From positions 832,001 through 896,000 of the forward strand of contig CAVPNL010000006.1 in assembly GCA_963706575.1 (NCBI GenBank): a stretch of DNA of 64,000 nt, read 5' to 3'. The position numbers were made by a program, and so were the translations under genes. Origin of the DNA: an uncultured delta proteobacterium. GTDB taxonomy: Bacteria; Desulfobacterota; Desulfobacteria; Desulfobacterales; JAHEIW01. Under the pieces are notes generated by a model. That model had not been told where the DNA came from. It ran no database searches and worked only from the letters and a program-made list of their open reading frames with translations. Of the stretch, positions 1 to 10,254 are shown piece after piece; position 1 is the first letter of the stretch; each line of letters begins with the position of its first letter.

Positions 1-1
1 C

Positions 2-58
2 TGGAGCGCAGCTATGGCTGCTGTTGAAATGGCGAATCTGCTTGAAGTAGTGGGCTAG
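2..58 (+). CDS. ribH: 6,7-dimethyl-8-ribityllumazine synthase, C-terminal fragment (cut by window edge)
   Basis: Frame 2 reads WSAAMAAVEMANLLEVVG*, like the RibH C-terminus; lies directly upstream of nusB (conserved ribH-nusB order). Confidence 0.8.
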   Translation, partial: WSAAMAAVEMANLLEVVG

Positions 59-66
59 TATTAGTC

Positions 67-513
67 ATGGGGATCCGTCGCAGAGCGCGAGAGTTGGCTA
101 TGCAGGCGCTCTTTTATATGGATGCCAGTCAGAACGTATCGCCGCAGATGCTGGAACGCTTTTGTGAGAATTTTACCCCGCCCCAAAAGGCGCGGCCATT
201 TTTCGTGAAACTGGTGAACGGGGTTTTAAAGGCCAAGCCTCAAATCGATACCCTTATAGAGCGCTTTTCCAAAAACTGGAGCGTGAAGCGCATGTCCTGT
301 GTGGACCGTAATGTCATACGGATCGCAGTATTTGAAATGCTGTTTTGCTCAGACATTCCGCCCAAGGTTTCCATCAACGAAGCCATTGATATTGGTAAAA
401 AGTTTGGCAGCGAAGATTCCGGGGCGTTCATTAACGGAATTGTTGACAGCATCCGCATGGCTATTGAAAAGGGAGAGGTACAGGTTCAACCGCCGGAAAT
501 TAACACTGAATAA
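67..513 (+). CDS. nusB: Transcription antitermination factor NusB
   Basis: RRRARELAMQALF, DRNVIRIAVFE, INEAIDIGKKFG, FINGIVD motifs. Confidence 0.95.
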   Translation: MGIRRRARELAMQALFYMDASQNVSPQMLERFCENFTPPQKARPFFVKLVNGVLKAKPQIDTLIERFSKNWSVKRMSCVDRNVIRIAVFEMLFCSDIPPKVSINEAIDIGKKFGSEDSGAFINGIVDSIRMAIEKGEVQVQPPEINTE

Positions 514-553
514 TATCGGTTGGGCATTGCTTAAAAGTTATTGGGTGCATTAA

Positions 554-655
554 ATTTCGGATTTCGGATTTCGGATTGTAATAAGCTGGCCCGAGAGGTG
601 CACCTGCGCAAAAATAAAATCCGCAATCCGCAATCCGCAATCCACAATCTGAAAT
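554..655. repeat. Hairpin element with tandem heptamer arms (ATTTCGG x3 / AATCCGC-like x5)
   Basis: atttcgg repeats 554-574; complementary aatccgc-type repeats 618-655. Confidence 0.85.
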
Positions 656-679
656 CAAAATATACTGGAGGCTGATTCG

Positions 680-1315
680 ATGATCATCAAGACCTTACCT
701 GTTGGGCCGATTATGGCAAATTGTTTTATTGTGGGCTGCAAAGAAACTTTGGAAGCAGCCGTTATTGATCCGGGCGATGAGGCGGAAAAGATACTCGCGT
801 CGCTGGCTGAGTCGGATTTAACAGTTAAATTTATCATCAACACCCATGGTCATTTTGATCATGTCAGTGCCAATAAAGGTATCAATGTGGCTACAAAAGC
901 GCCGATTTTAATCCATGCGCTGGATGCGCCGATGCTGGAACAAATATCGGCGAGTGCTGCCAACTGGGGCCTTTCAGGAGAAAACTCGCCTTCCCCTGAC
1001 CGCACCATCGATGAGGGCGATACCATAACCTTCGGTAAAATTACGTTCAAAGTGCTCCACACCCCCGGGCACACCCCGGGCGGGATTTCTCTTTTTTCCG
1101 ATGGTCATGTTTTTGTAGGGGATACACTGTTTGCCGGCTCCATCGGGCGTACCGATTTTCCGGGGGGGGATTTCGGGACCTTGAAATCCAGTATTCAGGA
1201 TAAATTGTTTGTGCTGGGAGATGATGTCCGGGTCTATACCGGGCACGGGCCGGAAACCACCATCGGCCGGGAAAAACAGCATAATCCGTTTGTGGGCGTG
1301 AATGCCATGTATTAA
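680..1315 (+). CDS. MBL-fold metallo-hydrolase (glyoxalase II/YcbL-like)
   Basis: THGHFDH, HTPGHTPG, GDTLFAGSIGRTD, GHG motifs; GGAGG RBS. Confidence 0.9.
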   Translation: MIIKTLPVGPIMANCFIVGCKETLEAAVIDPGDEAEKILASLAESDLTVKFIINTHGHFDHVSANKGINVATKAPILIHALDAPMLEQISASAANWGLSGENSPSPDRTIDEGDTITFGKITFKVLHTPGHTPGGISLFSDGHVFVGDTLFAGSIGRTDFPGGDFGTLKSSIQDKLFVLGDDVRVYTGHGPETTIGREKQHNPFVGVNAMY

Positions 1316-1344
1316 GTGAAACCTGGGAGTGATGGAGCAAACAA

Positions 1345-1436
1345 AATTTCGGATTGCAGATTGCAGATTTCGGATTTTAAATGCGCGGAATATATGATAT
1401 TACAATCTGCAATCCGCAATCGAAAATCCGCAAATT
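1345..1436. repeat. Hairpin element with tandem heptamer arms (same family as 554-655)
   Basis: atttcgg attgcag attgcag atttcgg ... caatctg caatccg caatcga aaatccg. Confidence 0.85.
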
Positions 1437-1440
1437 GATT

Positions 1441-2853
1441 TTAGGCCTGCGCTGTTTTGTATTCGAAACCCTGACGCTTGAGCACATCAAAATAAATCAT
1501 AATCTGCTTGATGTAGCGGATCGGTTCGGTGCCCCGGCAAAAGCCGTATTTGGCGTGCTTATAGTATTTTTTGTATTGCAGCAACGGTAAGGTTTTAGAA
1601 AGGGACTCCCATTTGTTGGGGTCGAGTCCCTTTTTTTTGGCGAGTTTGCGGGCATCATCGATATGCCCCTGTCCGATATTATAGGCTGCCAGAGAGATCA
1701 GTAACCGGTCTTGGCCATTGACCGTTTCAAAATGCTCGAATAAATTTTTAAGGTGTTGCACGCCGGCATTAATGTTTTGTACCGGATCGAATAGATCGCG
1801 AACGCCCAGGCTCTTGCCGGTGGAGGGCAGAATTTGCATCAATCCCCTGGCACCGGCCTGGCTTTTCGCCCAGGGATTGAGGTGCGACTCCTGATAGATC
1901 TGAGCGGCAATCAGGCGCCAGTCAAATCCATGTATTTTGGCGGCGTTCTTGATAAACGGGCTGTAGCGGGAAAGCCTGGCTTTAACGCGTTGGTGAAAAG
2001 CCTTTAAATCCACATAATCAAAATCTTTGGTGTCGCCATAGTATTTATCGTAGATCGAAGCGAATTTGCCGCTCTTTTTGGCCACGCTTAAAAACGAATT
2101 AATGCGCTCGAGCAGTTCGATAGATTTCGGATACACCGCCCAGCTGAGCTGCATGGGGTTGTTGATCGATCCCGTGGGAACGACTCCCGGAAAGTTGCGA
2201 CGATTGATTGAAATGATGTTGCTGTTGGCAATCGTAAAATCGATTTCTTCATCGGCTACTTTCTGGATGAGTTCTTCGGTTGGCATGTCATCGTGCAGCC
2301 GGATCGCCAGATCGATTCCCTGATCTCTCAATTCCATCAGCCGCTGCTGATAGGCAGTTCCTTTTCTGACATCAACGGTTTTGCCGGAAAGATCCGCTGC
2401 TTTTTTTATCCTCGAATTTTTGCGATGCGCAATAATTTGCTGGGCCACTTCCATGTATCCGTCTGAAAACGCGACCTCAGTTTGCCATTTCGGTATAATC
2501 GGTGTGCTGGCGGCGATAAACGCTGCCGACCCCTTATTTAGGGCGGCAACCATTTGTTTCCAGCTGTCAACAACCTTTACCTGCAGGCGCACACCCAGAT
2601 ATTCGGCAAAGGCCTGAGCCATTTCGTACTCAAAACCCATGGGCTGATCCCGGTAAAGATAGTAACAATGAGCGTTATTGCGGGTGACAACCGTTATTTC
2701 TCCGGTCTTTTGGATTCTTTGCAGGGTCACAAATTTGTATGCAGCCATAACCGGACTGAACAAATAGTAGCCCAAAACGATCCAAACGATGAGGATCGTT
2801 ATCTGAAAACCGGTTTTTTCCCTTAAGATATTATTAACTGCCGATTTGACCAC
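1441..2853 (-). CDS. mltF: Membrane-bound lytic murein transglycosylase F
   Basis: N-terminal SBP-3-like domain (GFEYEMA) plus SLT domain (YQESHLNP, GARGLMQI, LAAYNIGQGH). Confidence 0.9.
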   Translation of the reverse strand: MVKSAVNNILREKTGFQITILIVWIVLGYYLFSPVMAAYKFVTLQRIQKTGEITVVTRNNAHCYYLYRDQPMGFEYEMAQAFAEYLGVRLQVKVVDSWKQMVAALNKGSAAFIAASTPIIPKWQTEVAFSDGYMEVAQQIIAHRKNSRIKKAADLSGKTVDVRKGTAYQQRLMELRDQGIDLAIRLHDDMPTEELIQKVADEEIDFTIANSNIISINRRNFPGVVPTGSINNPMQLSWAVYPKSIELLERINSFLSVAKKSGKFASIYDKYYGDTKDFDYVDLKAFHQRVKARLSRYSPFIKNAAKIHGFDWRLIAAQIYQESHLNPWAKSQAGARGLMQILPSTGKSLGVRDLFDPVQNINAGVQHLKNLFEHFETVNGQDRLLISLAAYNIGQGHIDDARKLAKKKGLDPNKWESLSKTLPLLQYKKYYKHAKYGFCRGTEPIRYIKQIMIYFDVLKRQGFEYKTAQA

Positions 2854-3079
2854 AGCACAGCGCCCTATTTTTATAATCGTTAGCGGAAGGAAATCCCTAA
2901 AATGGCAAATTCACTAGAAATTCAGAGGCTTATTCCCAACATTGCATGTATGCATCGTTCTGGAAGAATCGCAACAGTCTGCTATTTAAACATATTTTAG
3001 AAATTCCGGGATTTTTGTCATCAGCTTCCCTATGTAAACATTATCGACTCAAATGCAAACAATCTTAAGTGCCAATGGG

Positions 3080-3514
3080 TTAAAATGCGCCTATCTGGCA
3101 GGGTTTTACTTTGATTTTTAACTGCTCACAAATTGAACTGACCTTCATTTTAGAAACATCGAAGCGGCGCGCAATTTCCCAGGCCTTTTCGCAGGAAAGA
3201 TTACCGTCGACGCGTGCATCCTGAATGGCGCTTGCCAAATCCGGATTTTTAGCTGCTTTGGGTTTGACAATCTTTTTTTCAGGCGTATAACCAAATAAAC
3301 CCAGCTGGCATTTGACCAGCATCATTTCCAACAAATCAGCCGTTTTCCCGACTTCAGCCGGTGAAACATTCAGCTCGGCAGCGATTTTAAATGCCACCGC
3401 GCAGGGGAGTTCATTATTTTTAGTCTGGCGGATAATATGGTCTTTGATTTCTTCATTTAGTTGGGCGTTGGGTTCATGTTTTTCGGCAAATTTATTACCT
3501 TTTTGTTGCTTCAT
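3080..3514 (-). CDS. Conserved hypothetical protein with two tandem Cys-containing ~60-aa repeats
   Basis: LPCAVAFKIA...CQLGLF and LSCEKAWEIA...CQIGAF; start moved to ATG at 3514, behind an AGGAG RBS. Confidence 0.75.
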   Translation of the reverse strand: MKQQKGNKFAEKHEPNAQLNEEIKDHIIRQTKNNELPCAVAFKIAAELNVSPAEVGKTADLLEMMLVKCQLGLFGYTPEKKIVKPKAAKNPDLASAIQDARVDGNLSCEKAWEIARRFDVSKMKVSSICEQLKIKVKPCQIGAF

Positions 3515-3661
3515 TTTACAACTCCTAATGGATAATGGGTAATGGGTAAACGGATATCGATATTCAGCACCCGCTGCCGGTGATTCAGCGCAGGGGATCC
3601 AGTTTAACAGGAACTCGGGGACCGACCGGCCCTTACGGCAACTCATACGGCGCTATTTTGC

Positions 3662-3690
3662 TTGAATAATCTCCGTTCGTCTGTTAGTGT
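3662..3690 (+). promoter_or_regulatory. Candidate sigma70 promoter toward ispG
   Basis: TTGAAT-17 bp-TAGTGT with TG extension. Confidence 0.3.
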
Positions 3691-3933
3691 AAGATGTCTA
3701 AACCACTCGGGATTTGATTGTAGATGTCGTGCAATTGGGCGGTGATCGCAAGCCGTTTTCTGTTTTGGGCGCAGATTCCCGATTTTAATGATGAATAGAT
3801 ATTGGGCCACTTTACAGATCATTTGATACGCATTAGCTTTGCAATAAAAGACAGATCATAACCTGGATTCAGCGGCAGCTGAAGTCTTCAAGCACTATAC
3901 CATAATTTGATTTATGGAAAAATAAGCATTTTT

Positions 3934-5031
3934 ATGAAAATTTCAAAGATCAAGCGTAAAAAAACGCGCCAAATAGCAGTCGGCCAGGTAAAAATCGGTG
4001 GAGCGGCACCGATTACGGTGCAATCCATGACCAATACGCCAACTGAGGATGTTGCCGCCACAGTGGCCCAGATTGTGCGTCTGCAGGAAGCCGGCTGTGA
4101 AATTGTACGCGTCGCTGTGCCGGACCAGGAAGCCGCTGCAGCGATATCGGCGATCAAAAAGCAGATCGATATCCCGCTGATTGCCGACATCCATTTCAAC
4201 TACCGGCTGGCCATAGCCGCCGCGAAAGCCGGCGCCGACGGGCTTCGATTAAACCCCGGCAATATTGGCGGTATTAAAAAGGTTAAAGCGGTGGTGGACT
4301 GTGCCAAAGATTTTAATCTCCCCATTCGCATCGGGGTTAATTCCGGCTCTCTTGAAAAAGATATCCTTAAAAAATATAACGGGGTTACAGCGGCCGGTAT
4401 GGTGGAAAGCGGGCTGCGCCATGTGGAATTGCTAAAATCTTTAGACTTTCACCAGATAAAAATTTCCCTTAAAGCTTCCGATGTCCCGCGTACCCTGGAA
4501 GCCTATCGGCTCCTGTCTGCAAAAACCGACCTGCCGCTGCATGTCGGCGTAACCGAGGCCGGCGCGCTTTATTCGGGAATTGTTAAATCGGCCTTGGGAA
4601 TCGGAATGCTGTTAGCCGAAGGCATTGGCGACACCATCAGGGTTTCTCTGACCCGTGACCCGGTTGAAGAGGTGCGCGTCGGATTCGAAATTCTCAAAGC
4701 GCTTGATATTCGCCGTCGTGGCCCGGAAATTATCGCCTGTCCCACCTGCGGGCGCTGCAACATTGAGCTTTTTGACATTGTCGAGCGGGTTGAAAAAGCA
4801 CTGATGACCACTGCCGAGCCGCTTAAGATCGCCATAATGGGATGTGTGGTCAACGGACCGGGAGAAGCCCGGGAGGTGGATATCGGCATCGCCGGTGGGG
4901 ACGGCAATGGCGTGCTGTTCAGAAAGGGAAAAGTGGTTAAAAAATTTGCGCAGGAAAAATTGGTGGATGTCCTGTTGCATGAAGTGCGGGAATATGTAAA
5001 AGATCTCAATACGGAAAACCGGGAGACTTAA
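3934..5031 (+). CDS. ispG: (E)-4-hydroxy-3-methylbut-2-enyl-diphosphate synthase
   Basis: VQSMTNT, ADIHF, RLNPGNIG, RIGVNSGSL, CPTCGR, MGCVVNGPGE. Confidence 0.97.
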   Translation: MKISKIKRKKTRQIAVGQVKIGGAAPITVQSMTNTPTEDVAATVAQIVRLQEAGCEIVRVAVPDQEAAAAISAIKKQIDIPLIADIHFNYRLAIAAAKAGADGLRLNPGNIGGIKKVKAVVDCAKDFNLPIRIGVNSGSLEKDILKKYNGVTAAGMVESGLRHVELLKSLDFHQIKISLKASDVPRTLEAYRLLSAKTDLPLHVGVTEAGALYSGIVKSALGIGMLLAEGIGDTIRVSLTRDPVEEVRVGFEILKALDIRRRGPEIIACPTCGRCNIELFDIVERVEKALMTTAEPLKIAIMGCVVNGPGEAREVDIGIAGGDGNGVLFRKGKVVKKFAQEKLVDVLLHEVREYVKDLNTENRET

Positions 5032-5058
5032 TATTGGATTTGATTTGGCTTTCCAAAC

Positions 5059-5179
5059 CGGGTGCGAAGCACGCGTATCCACGGTTTCACCCGCAACGAT
5101 TGGGGCACTTCGCGCCCCTGTCTTTTACCGCCTTTGGCGGTAAAATCCAAGCCACCCGCTGTGCGGGTGGTCGTTGACT
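5059..5179 (+). mobile_element. IS200/IS605-like right-end remnant (stacked hairpins)
   Basis: Hairpins ggggc..gcccc, ttttaccgcc-ttt-ggcggtaaaa and ccacccgc-tgt-gcgggtgg, followed by tcgttgact; no tnpA nearby. Confidence 0.55.
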
Positions 5180-5196
5180 CCAGCGAAAGGCAAGGC

Positions 5197-6717
5197 ATGA
5201 CAAAGCAAGAGAAGACAGCGATCTCACCGACACGTAATGAGGATTATCCGGAATGGTACCAACAGGTCATTAAAGCCTCTGACCTGGCCGAGCGTTCACC
5301 GGTCAGGGGCTGTATGGTCATTAAACCCTGGGGATATGCCCTGTGGGAAAATATTGTGCAGGCGATGGATAATCTGTTCAAAGCCACTGGGGTTAAAAAC
5401 GCCTATTTCCCCCTTTTTATTCCTTTAAGCTTTCTTGAAAAAGAGGCTGAGCACGTTGAGGGTTTTGCGAAAGAATGTGCGGTGGTGACCCACCACCGGC
5501 TGGAAAAGGGTGACGACGGGGGACTTGTGCCCGCCGGCCCCTTGGCCGAGCCCCTGGTGGTGCGTCCGACCTCAGAGACCATCATTGGAGATTCATTTTC
5601 CAGGTGGGTGAGCAGTTATCGTGATTTGCCGATACTAATCAACCAGTGGGCCAATGTGGTGCGCTGGGAAATGCGGACCCGCATCTTTTTAAGAACCAGT
5701 GAATTTTTATGGCAGGAAGGACACACGGTGCACGCCACTGCCGAAGAGGCCCTTGAGCGTACCCGTATGATGCTGGATGTTTATACGACCTGTGTTGAGG
5801 ATTATTTGGCGATGCCGGTTATCCAGGGTCACAAATCGCCTGCTGAACGCTTCCCCGGGGCGGTGGATACGCTCTGCATTGAAACCATGATGCAGGATCG
5901 CAAAGCATTGCAGTCCGGGACTTCGCATTTTCTGGGTCAAAATTTTTCGCGGGCTTCTGAGATCAAATTTCAATCAGCCGCTGAAACCGAAGAATATGCC
6001 TGGACCACTTCGTGGGGCTCATCCACCCGAATGATCGGCGGACTCATCATGACCCACGGTGATGATGACGGTATTATTTTACCGCCCAAAGTTGCATCTG
6101 CCCATGTCGTGCTTCTGCCCATCATTCGGAAATCTGAGGATCGCCAAACGGTGATGGATTTTACTGACAAGCTGGCCCGCGAATTAAAGGCTAAAACATA
6201 CCACCATAGAAAAGTGGTTGTCGAAATTGATGACCGTGAAATCGGCGGCACCCGCGGCTGGGATTGGATTAAAAAAGGGATCCCTTTGCGAGTGGAGATC
6301 GGCCCCAGAGATATCGCCCAGAATTCGCTCTTTGTCGGCCGTCGGGATCAGGCACCGAATGAAAAGAAAGCCTTAGACCGGGATCAATTTGTGGCCGAAA
6401 TAACCGATATCCTGGATGAAATCCAGCAGAATCTGTTCCAGCGAGCCCAGGCATATCGCAAGGAACACACCGTTACCATTGAAGATAAAAAAACGTTTTA
6501 CGAATTTTTTACCCCTCAAAATGAGGAAAAACCTGAGATCCATGGCGGCTTTGCCCTCTCCGGCTGGTGCGGCTCAGATGAATGCGAATCAAAGATAAAG
6601 GAAGATCTCGCCGTGACCATTCGCTGTATTCCCTTTGAAAGCGATAACGTTAAAGGACGCTGCATTTGCTGCGGCAAAGACAGCGATCGTCAGGTTGTAT
6701 ACGCAAAAGCCTATTAG
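5197..6717 (+). CDS. proS: Proline--tRNA ligase, archaeal/eukaryote-like type
   Basis: VRPTSET, QWANVVRWE, FLRTSEFLWQEGHT, QSGTSHFLGQNF, C-terminal Zn-type cysteines and AKAY end; no INS editing domain. Confidence 0.95.
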   Translation: MTKQEKTAISPTRNEDYPEWYQQVIKASDLAERSPVRGCMVIKPWGYALWENIVQAMDNLFKATGVKNAYFPLFIPLSFLEKEAEHVEGFAKECAVVTHHRLEKGDDGGLVPAGPLAEPLVVRPTSETIIGDSFSRWVSSYRDLPILINQWANVVRWEMRTRIFLRTSEFLWQEGHTVHATAEEALERTRMMLDVYTTCVEDYLAMPVIQGHKSPAERFPGAVDTLCIETMMQDRKALQSGTSHFLGQNFSRASEIKFQSAAETEEYAWTTSWGSSTRMIGGLIMTHGDDDGIILPPKVASAHVVLLPIIRKSEDRQTVMDFTDKLARELKAKTYHHRKVVVEIDDREIGGTRGWDWIKKGIPLRVEIGPRDIAQNSLFVGRRDQAPNEKKALDRDQFVAEITDILDEIQQNLFQRAQAYRKEHTVTIEDKKTFYEFFTPQNEEKPEIHGGFALSGWCGSDECESKIKEDLAVTIRCIPFESDNVKGRCICCGKDSDRQVVYAKAY

Positions 6718-7005
6718 AACCTATCTCTAAAATAGCAGTTTATCTTCGAAGACAGAGATAAAAAGTTCCAAAGGTGCTCTAAAGTTAGAAGTGCCTAAAA
6801 TGCCTAAAATGATCTAAAATGCCTAAAGTTATGGTGTCGCTCGCGCAGCGCAGGCGCTTGCGCCGCGTGGCGCTCCATCTTTTTATTATAAATATGATCG
6901 ATCGACCCAGTCGTTAGACCTTGAGGCTTTCGAAGGGAGGCTCTGGACGGGTTGAGTTCCTCAACTTTAGGCATTTTAGATCATTTTTAATTTTAGCTCA
7001 TTTTT
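6715..7005. mobile_element. Composite MITE-like element B, copy 1 (TIR-like end, AAAATGCCT-type tandem arms, core)
   Basis: Shares arms and core with 46506-46812 and 56968-57093; begins within the proS TAG stop codon. Confidence 0.8.
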
Positions 7006-7046
7006 AACAATAACGAATAACCAATAACCAGTAACGAACCTCTGCA

Positions 7047-9185
7047 TTGATCCGGATTAACGATATAGTCGATAAGGTCAGCGATTACCTTCCAGATGCC
7101 GACCTGGATATCATTGAGCGCGCCTATATTTATTCGGCCCGGGTTCACGAAGGCCAGGTGCGGCTTTCCGGAGAACCTTACCTGTCCCATCCTCTCGAGG
7201 TAGCCGGCATCCTCGCAGATATGAAACTGGATCCCGAAAGCGTGACCGCCGCGCTTCTGCATGACGTCATCGAAGACACTTCCGCCACGCCTGAAGAAAT
7301 CAAAGCGCTGTTTGGTCCGGAAGTATTGCATATTGTATCCGGTGTTTCAAAGCTCAGCAGCCTGTCTTTTGGCACTTCCCAGGCCCGTCAGGCCGAAAGC
7401 ATTCGCAAGATGTTTTTGGCCATGGCTGACGATATTCGGGTCATTCTCATTAAACTGGCGGATCGGGTGCACAATATGCGCACCCTGCAATTTCACAGTG
7501 CCGACAAAAGAAGGAAGATTGCCCAGGAAACGATTGATATCTATGCGCCCATCGCCGCCCGCCTGGGAATTTATTGGATTAAAAATGAGCTCGAAGAATC
7601 ATCATTCAAATTCATCCAGCCGGAGGAATTTGCTCGAATAGAAAACCTTTTGAGCAATTCTAAGACCGACCGTGAAAATTATATTGAACAGGTAGAAGGC
7701 CACATCAAAAAAGCAATGGATGCCGCCAATTTGCAATGCGAGTTGCTGGGCCGCAACAAAAATGTTTACAGCATCTATAATAAAATGATTTCCCAGAACC
7801 TTCCTTTTGAGGAAATTTATGACATCATTGCGTTTCGAATTATTTTACAAACCGTACCCCAGTGCTACGAGGCTCTGGGCCTGATCCATTCATTGTGGAA
7901 ACCAATCGATCATAAATTTAAAGATTATATCGGACGTCCCAAAACCAATATGTACCAGTCGCTTCACACCACCGTAATTGGACCGGTCGGAGAACGCATT
8001 GAAATTCAGATCCGCACCTGGGAAATGGACCGGGTGGCTTCATCCGGTATTGCTGCCCACTGGGGCTACAAAGAAGGTAAGCGCCTTGATGAAAATGTGA
8101 GCCGAAAATTTGCATGGATACAGAATCTGGTAGAAAACCAGGAGAATTTTCTGGATCCCGGTGAATTTTTAGAGAATGTGCGCATCGATCTTTTCCCCGA
8201 TGAAGTCTATGTTTTCAGCCCTCGCGGCGAGGTGAAAACACTGCCGCGCGGCGCTACACCGGTTGATTTTGCCTATCTGATCCACTCCGAGGTGGGCAAC
8301 CAGTGTACCGGTGCCAAGGTCAACGGGCGGATGGTGTCGCTGCCTTATGAGCTGAAAACCGGTGATATCGTAGAAATCGTTACCTCCAAAAATCACCACC
8401 CGAGCAAAGATTGGCTCAACTTTGTCAAAACGGTTAAGGCCCGTTCAAAAATCAGACACTGGATCAAAGTCCAGGAAAAAGAACGCAGCCTCACGTTGGG
8501 CAGGGAAATGTGTGAAAAGGCTTTTCGCAAGGAGCGCCTGAATTTTAATACCCTGGTCAAATCTGAAAAGATGATGCAGATTGTCGAGCAATTTGGTTTC
8601 AAGGCCGTTGATGACCTGGTTGCCAATGTGGGTTATGGCAAGATTACACCGCTGCAGGTACTGCGAAAGTTCGCTCCTAAAGATGAAGAGGAAGTCGACG
8701 AATCGATCTTTAACAAATTAATGGGGCGGGTCAGAAAGAAAAAGCCCAAAGCCGGGGTGCTGGTAAAAGGAGTGGATGACATTCTGATCAAGTTTGGCAA
8801 ATGCTGCCAGCCCGTACCCGGAGACTCGATTGTGGGCTACATCACGCGGGGCTTCGGCGTAACCGTTCACCGCACCAACTGTGTCAACGCCCTGAGGATG
8901 AATCCCGAAAGGCAAATCGAGGTGGCGTGGAGTGAGCATGTCAGCGAAACCTATCCGGTAAAAATCAGAATCATTTCTCAGGACCGCATGGGCCTGCTGG
9001 CCGATTTAGTGGGCAATATCACGAAGTTCGGTGCTAATATTCTTAACGCAAAAACCGAGACACGGGAAAACAAAGTGGTTGACAGCTTTTTTACAATCGG
9101 GGTCGAGGATACCACTCATTTAGAGAAAATTTTGGCTGCCGTCAAAAAGGTCAAACACGTGCAGGAGGTAAAGCGGGTCGGTTAG
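7047..9185 (+). CDS. relA: Bifunctional (p)ppGpp synthetase/hydrolase (long RSH)
   Basis: HD domain ([15 protein letters not shown]), YQSLHT, EIQIRT, TGS (TPVDFAY), CC motif and ACT domain; TTG start. Confidence 0.95.
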   Translation: MIRINDIVDKVSDYLPDADLDIIERAYIYSARVHEGQVRLSGEPYLSHPLEVAGILADMKLDPESVTAALLHDVIEDTSATPEEIKALFGPEVLHIVSGVSKLSSLSFGTSQARQAESIRKMFLAMADDIRVILIKLADRVHNMRTLQFHSADKRRKIAQETIDIYAPIAARLGIYWIKNELEESSFKFIQPEEFARIENLLSNSKTDRENYIEQVEGHIKKAMDAANLQCELLGRNKNVYSIYNKMISQNLPFEEIYDIIAFRIILQTVPQCYEALGLIHSLWKPIDHKFKDYIGRPKTNMYQSLHTTVIGPVGERIEIQIRTWEMDRVASSGIAAHWGYKEGKRLDENVSRKFAWIQNLVENQENFLDPGEFLENVRIDLFPDEVYVFSPRGEVKTLPRGATPVDFAYLIHSEVGNQCTGAKVNGRMVSLPYELKTGDIVEIVTSKNHHPSKDWLNFVKTVKARSKIRHWIKVQEKERSLTLGREMCEKAFRKERLNFNTLVKSEKMMQIVEQFGFKAVDDLVANVGYGKITPLQVLRKFAPKDEEEVDESIFNKLMGRVRKKKPKAGVLVKGVDDILIKFGKCCQPVPGDSIVGYITRGFGVTVHRTNCVNALRMNPERQIEVAWSEHVSETYPVKIRIISQDRMGLLADLVGNITKFGANILNAKTETRENKVVDSFFTIGVEDTTHLEKILAAVKKVKHVQEVKRVG

Positions 9186-9373
9186 GGTGCTTTGACAACG
9201 TTGCCGGATTTTATACAACTGGTGCAAACCATCATTTTTTTGACTCGGCCGTTGGACACATTGCGCACGCGCTGCAAATTAGGATTAAATCGGCGTTTGG
9301 TCACATTATGTGCATGGCTGACATTGTTGCCCACCATTGGTTTTTTGCCACATATTTCACATACTTTTGACAT
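9182..9373 (-). CDS. rpmB: 50S ribosomal protein L28 (Zn-ribbon type)
   Basis: [27 protein letters not shown]. Confidence 0.97.
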   Translation of the reverse strand: MSKVCEICGKKPMVGNNVSHAHNVTKRRFNPNLQRVRNVSNGRVKKMMVCTSCIKSGNVVKAP

Positions 9374-9519
9374 TTCTAGCTCTCCTTATGCTTCAAGCAG
9401 TTGCCTGCCAATTAGCATTTTAGAATTTGTTTTCAAATTAAAGTCTCGCTAAGTACACCAAATCAAGGCGCCTGTAAAGCTTTTTTTATTCCTCCTGGCG
9501 TCCAGTCTCCAGTCTGATG

Positions 9520-10200
9520 CTACTCTGATTCTTCCCTGGCAATGGAGGCTTCACACTTGGCAATGTATTCAAGCGCTTTTTGATGATATCCGACATCCGG
9601 GTAATCAGAAATAATAGACATGAACCGGTGCAATGCGGCTTTGTAGTGTTTGGTGTTATAATAAAAAACGCCGACGACATATGCCTGGCCCGCCAAACTT
9701 TTTTGGGCCGTTTTGATGTGCCCGGCGGCGCGGGTCGAATATTGATCCCGGGGAAATTGCTTTACCAAGCGCTGAAACGCTTCCAGTGCTTTTTGGGCTG
9801 ATGTCTGCTCTCGGTCCGGCGTATTGATTCGGTCGTAATAACATCGACCGATCTGGTATATGACATAGGGGATCGCCTCGTTGCGTGGGTGGAGCTGTTC
9901 AAAATTTTCATAGGCAAATATAGCGTCTTCATATTCCTCACGCCGATAATGCGCATCTGCGATCTTTAATTCAGCCAGGATGGCATATTTTGAAAACGGA
10001 TAATAATCTTTAAGGTTTTGAAATTTATCAATCGCTTTTTTATAGTCCCCATTTTCATAAGCATCCATCCCGTCCCAGGCCAATTCCTGGGCGGTACCCG
10101 CTTCCTCGACCCCAAAAATTTTATTATACTGGTCTTTTAATGTCGTACATCCGGTTGCAGCCAGCAGGGCAACCAGGCATATGATAGAGATGTGTCGCAA
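9520..10200 (-). CDS. bamD: Outer membrane assembly lipoprotein BamD
   Basis: Lipobox ATGC, YPFSKYA, LHPRNE, DREQT, TPR helices. Confidence 0.9.
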   Translation of the reverse strand: MRHISIICLVALLAATGCTTLKDQYNKIFGVEEAGTAQELAWDGMDAYENGDYKKAIDKFQNLKDYYPFSKYAILAELKIADAHYRREEYEDAIFAYENFEQLHPRNEAIPYVIYQIGRCYYDRINTPDREQTSAQKALEAFQRLVKQFPRDQYSTRAAGHIKTAQKSLAGQAYVVGVFYYNTKHYKAALHRFMSIISDYPDVGYHQKALEYIAKCEASIAREESE

Positions 10201-10254
10201 GAGTCTTAAGTTTTCTTCAAATATCCGAACTCAAGGGGTTCGTGTGTTTATTTA

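Noticed and set aside
554..655. Short tandem repeats as a CRISPR array
   Set aside because: Units are 7-10 bp without unique spacers, and there are no cas genes; the same holds for all repeat clusters in the window.
3560..3720. SRP RNA, 6S RNA or riboswitch in the spacer before ispG
   Set aside because: No SRP GGAAGGAAGCAGC core, and no recognisable 6S or riboswitch consensus. It might be an IS-end remnant, but I cannot support that.
5062..5196. N-terminal extension of ProRS from the ORF track
   Set aside because: It runs through the hairpin element; ProRS-like sequence starts at the ATG at 5197.
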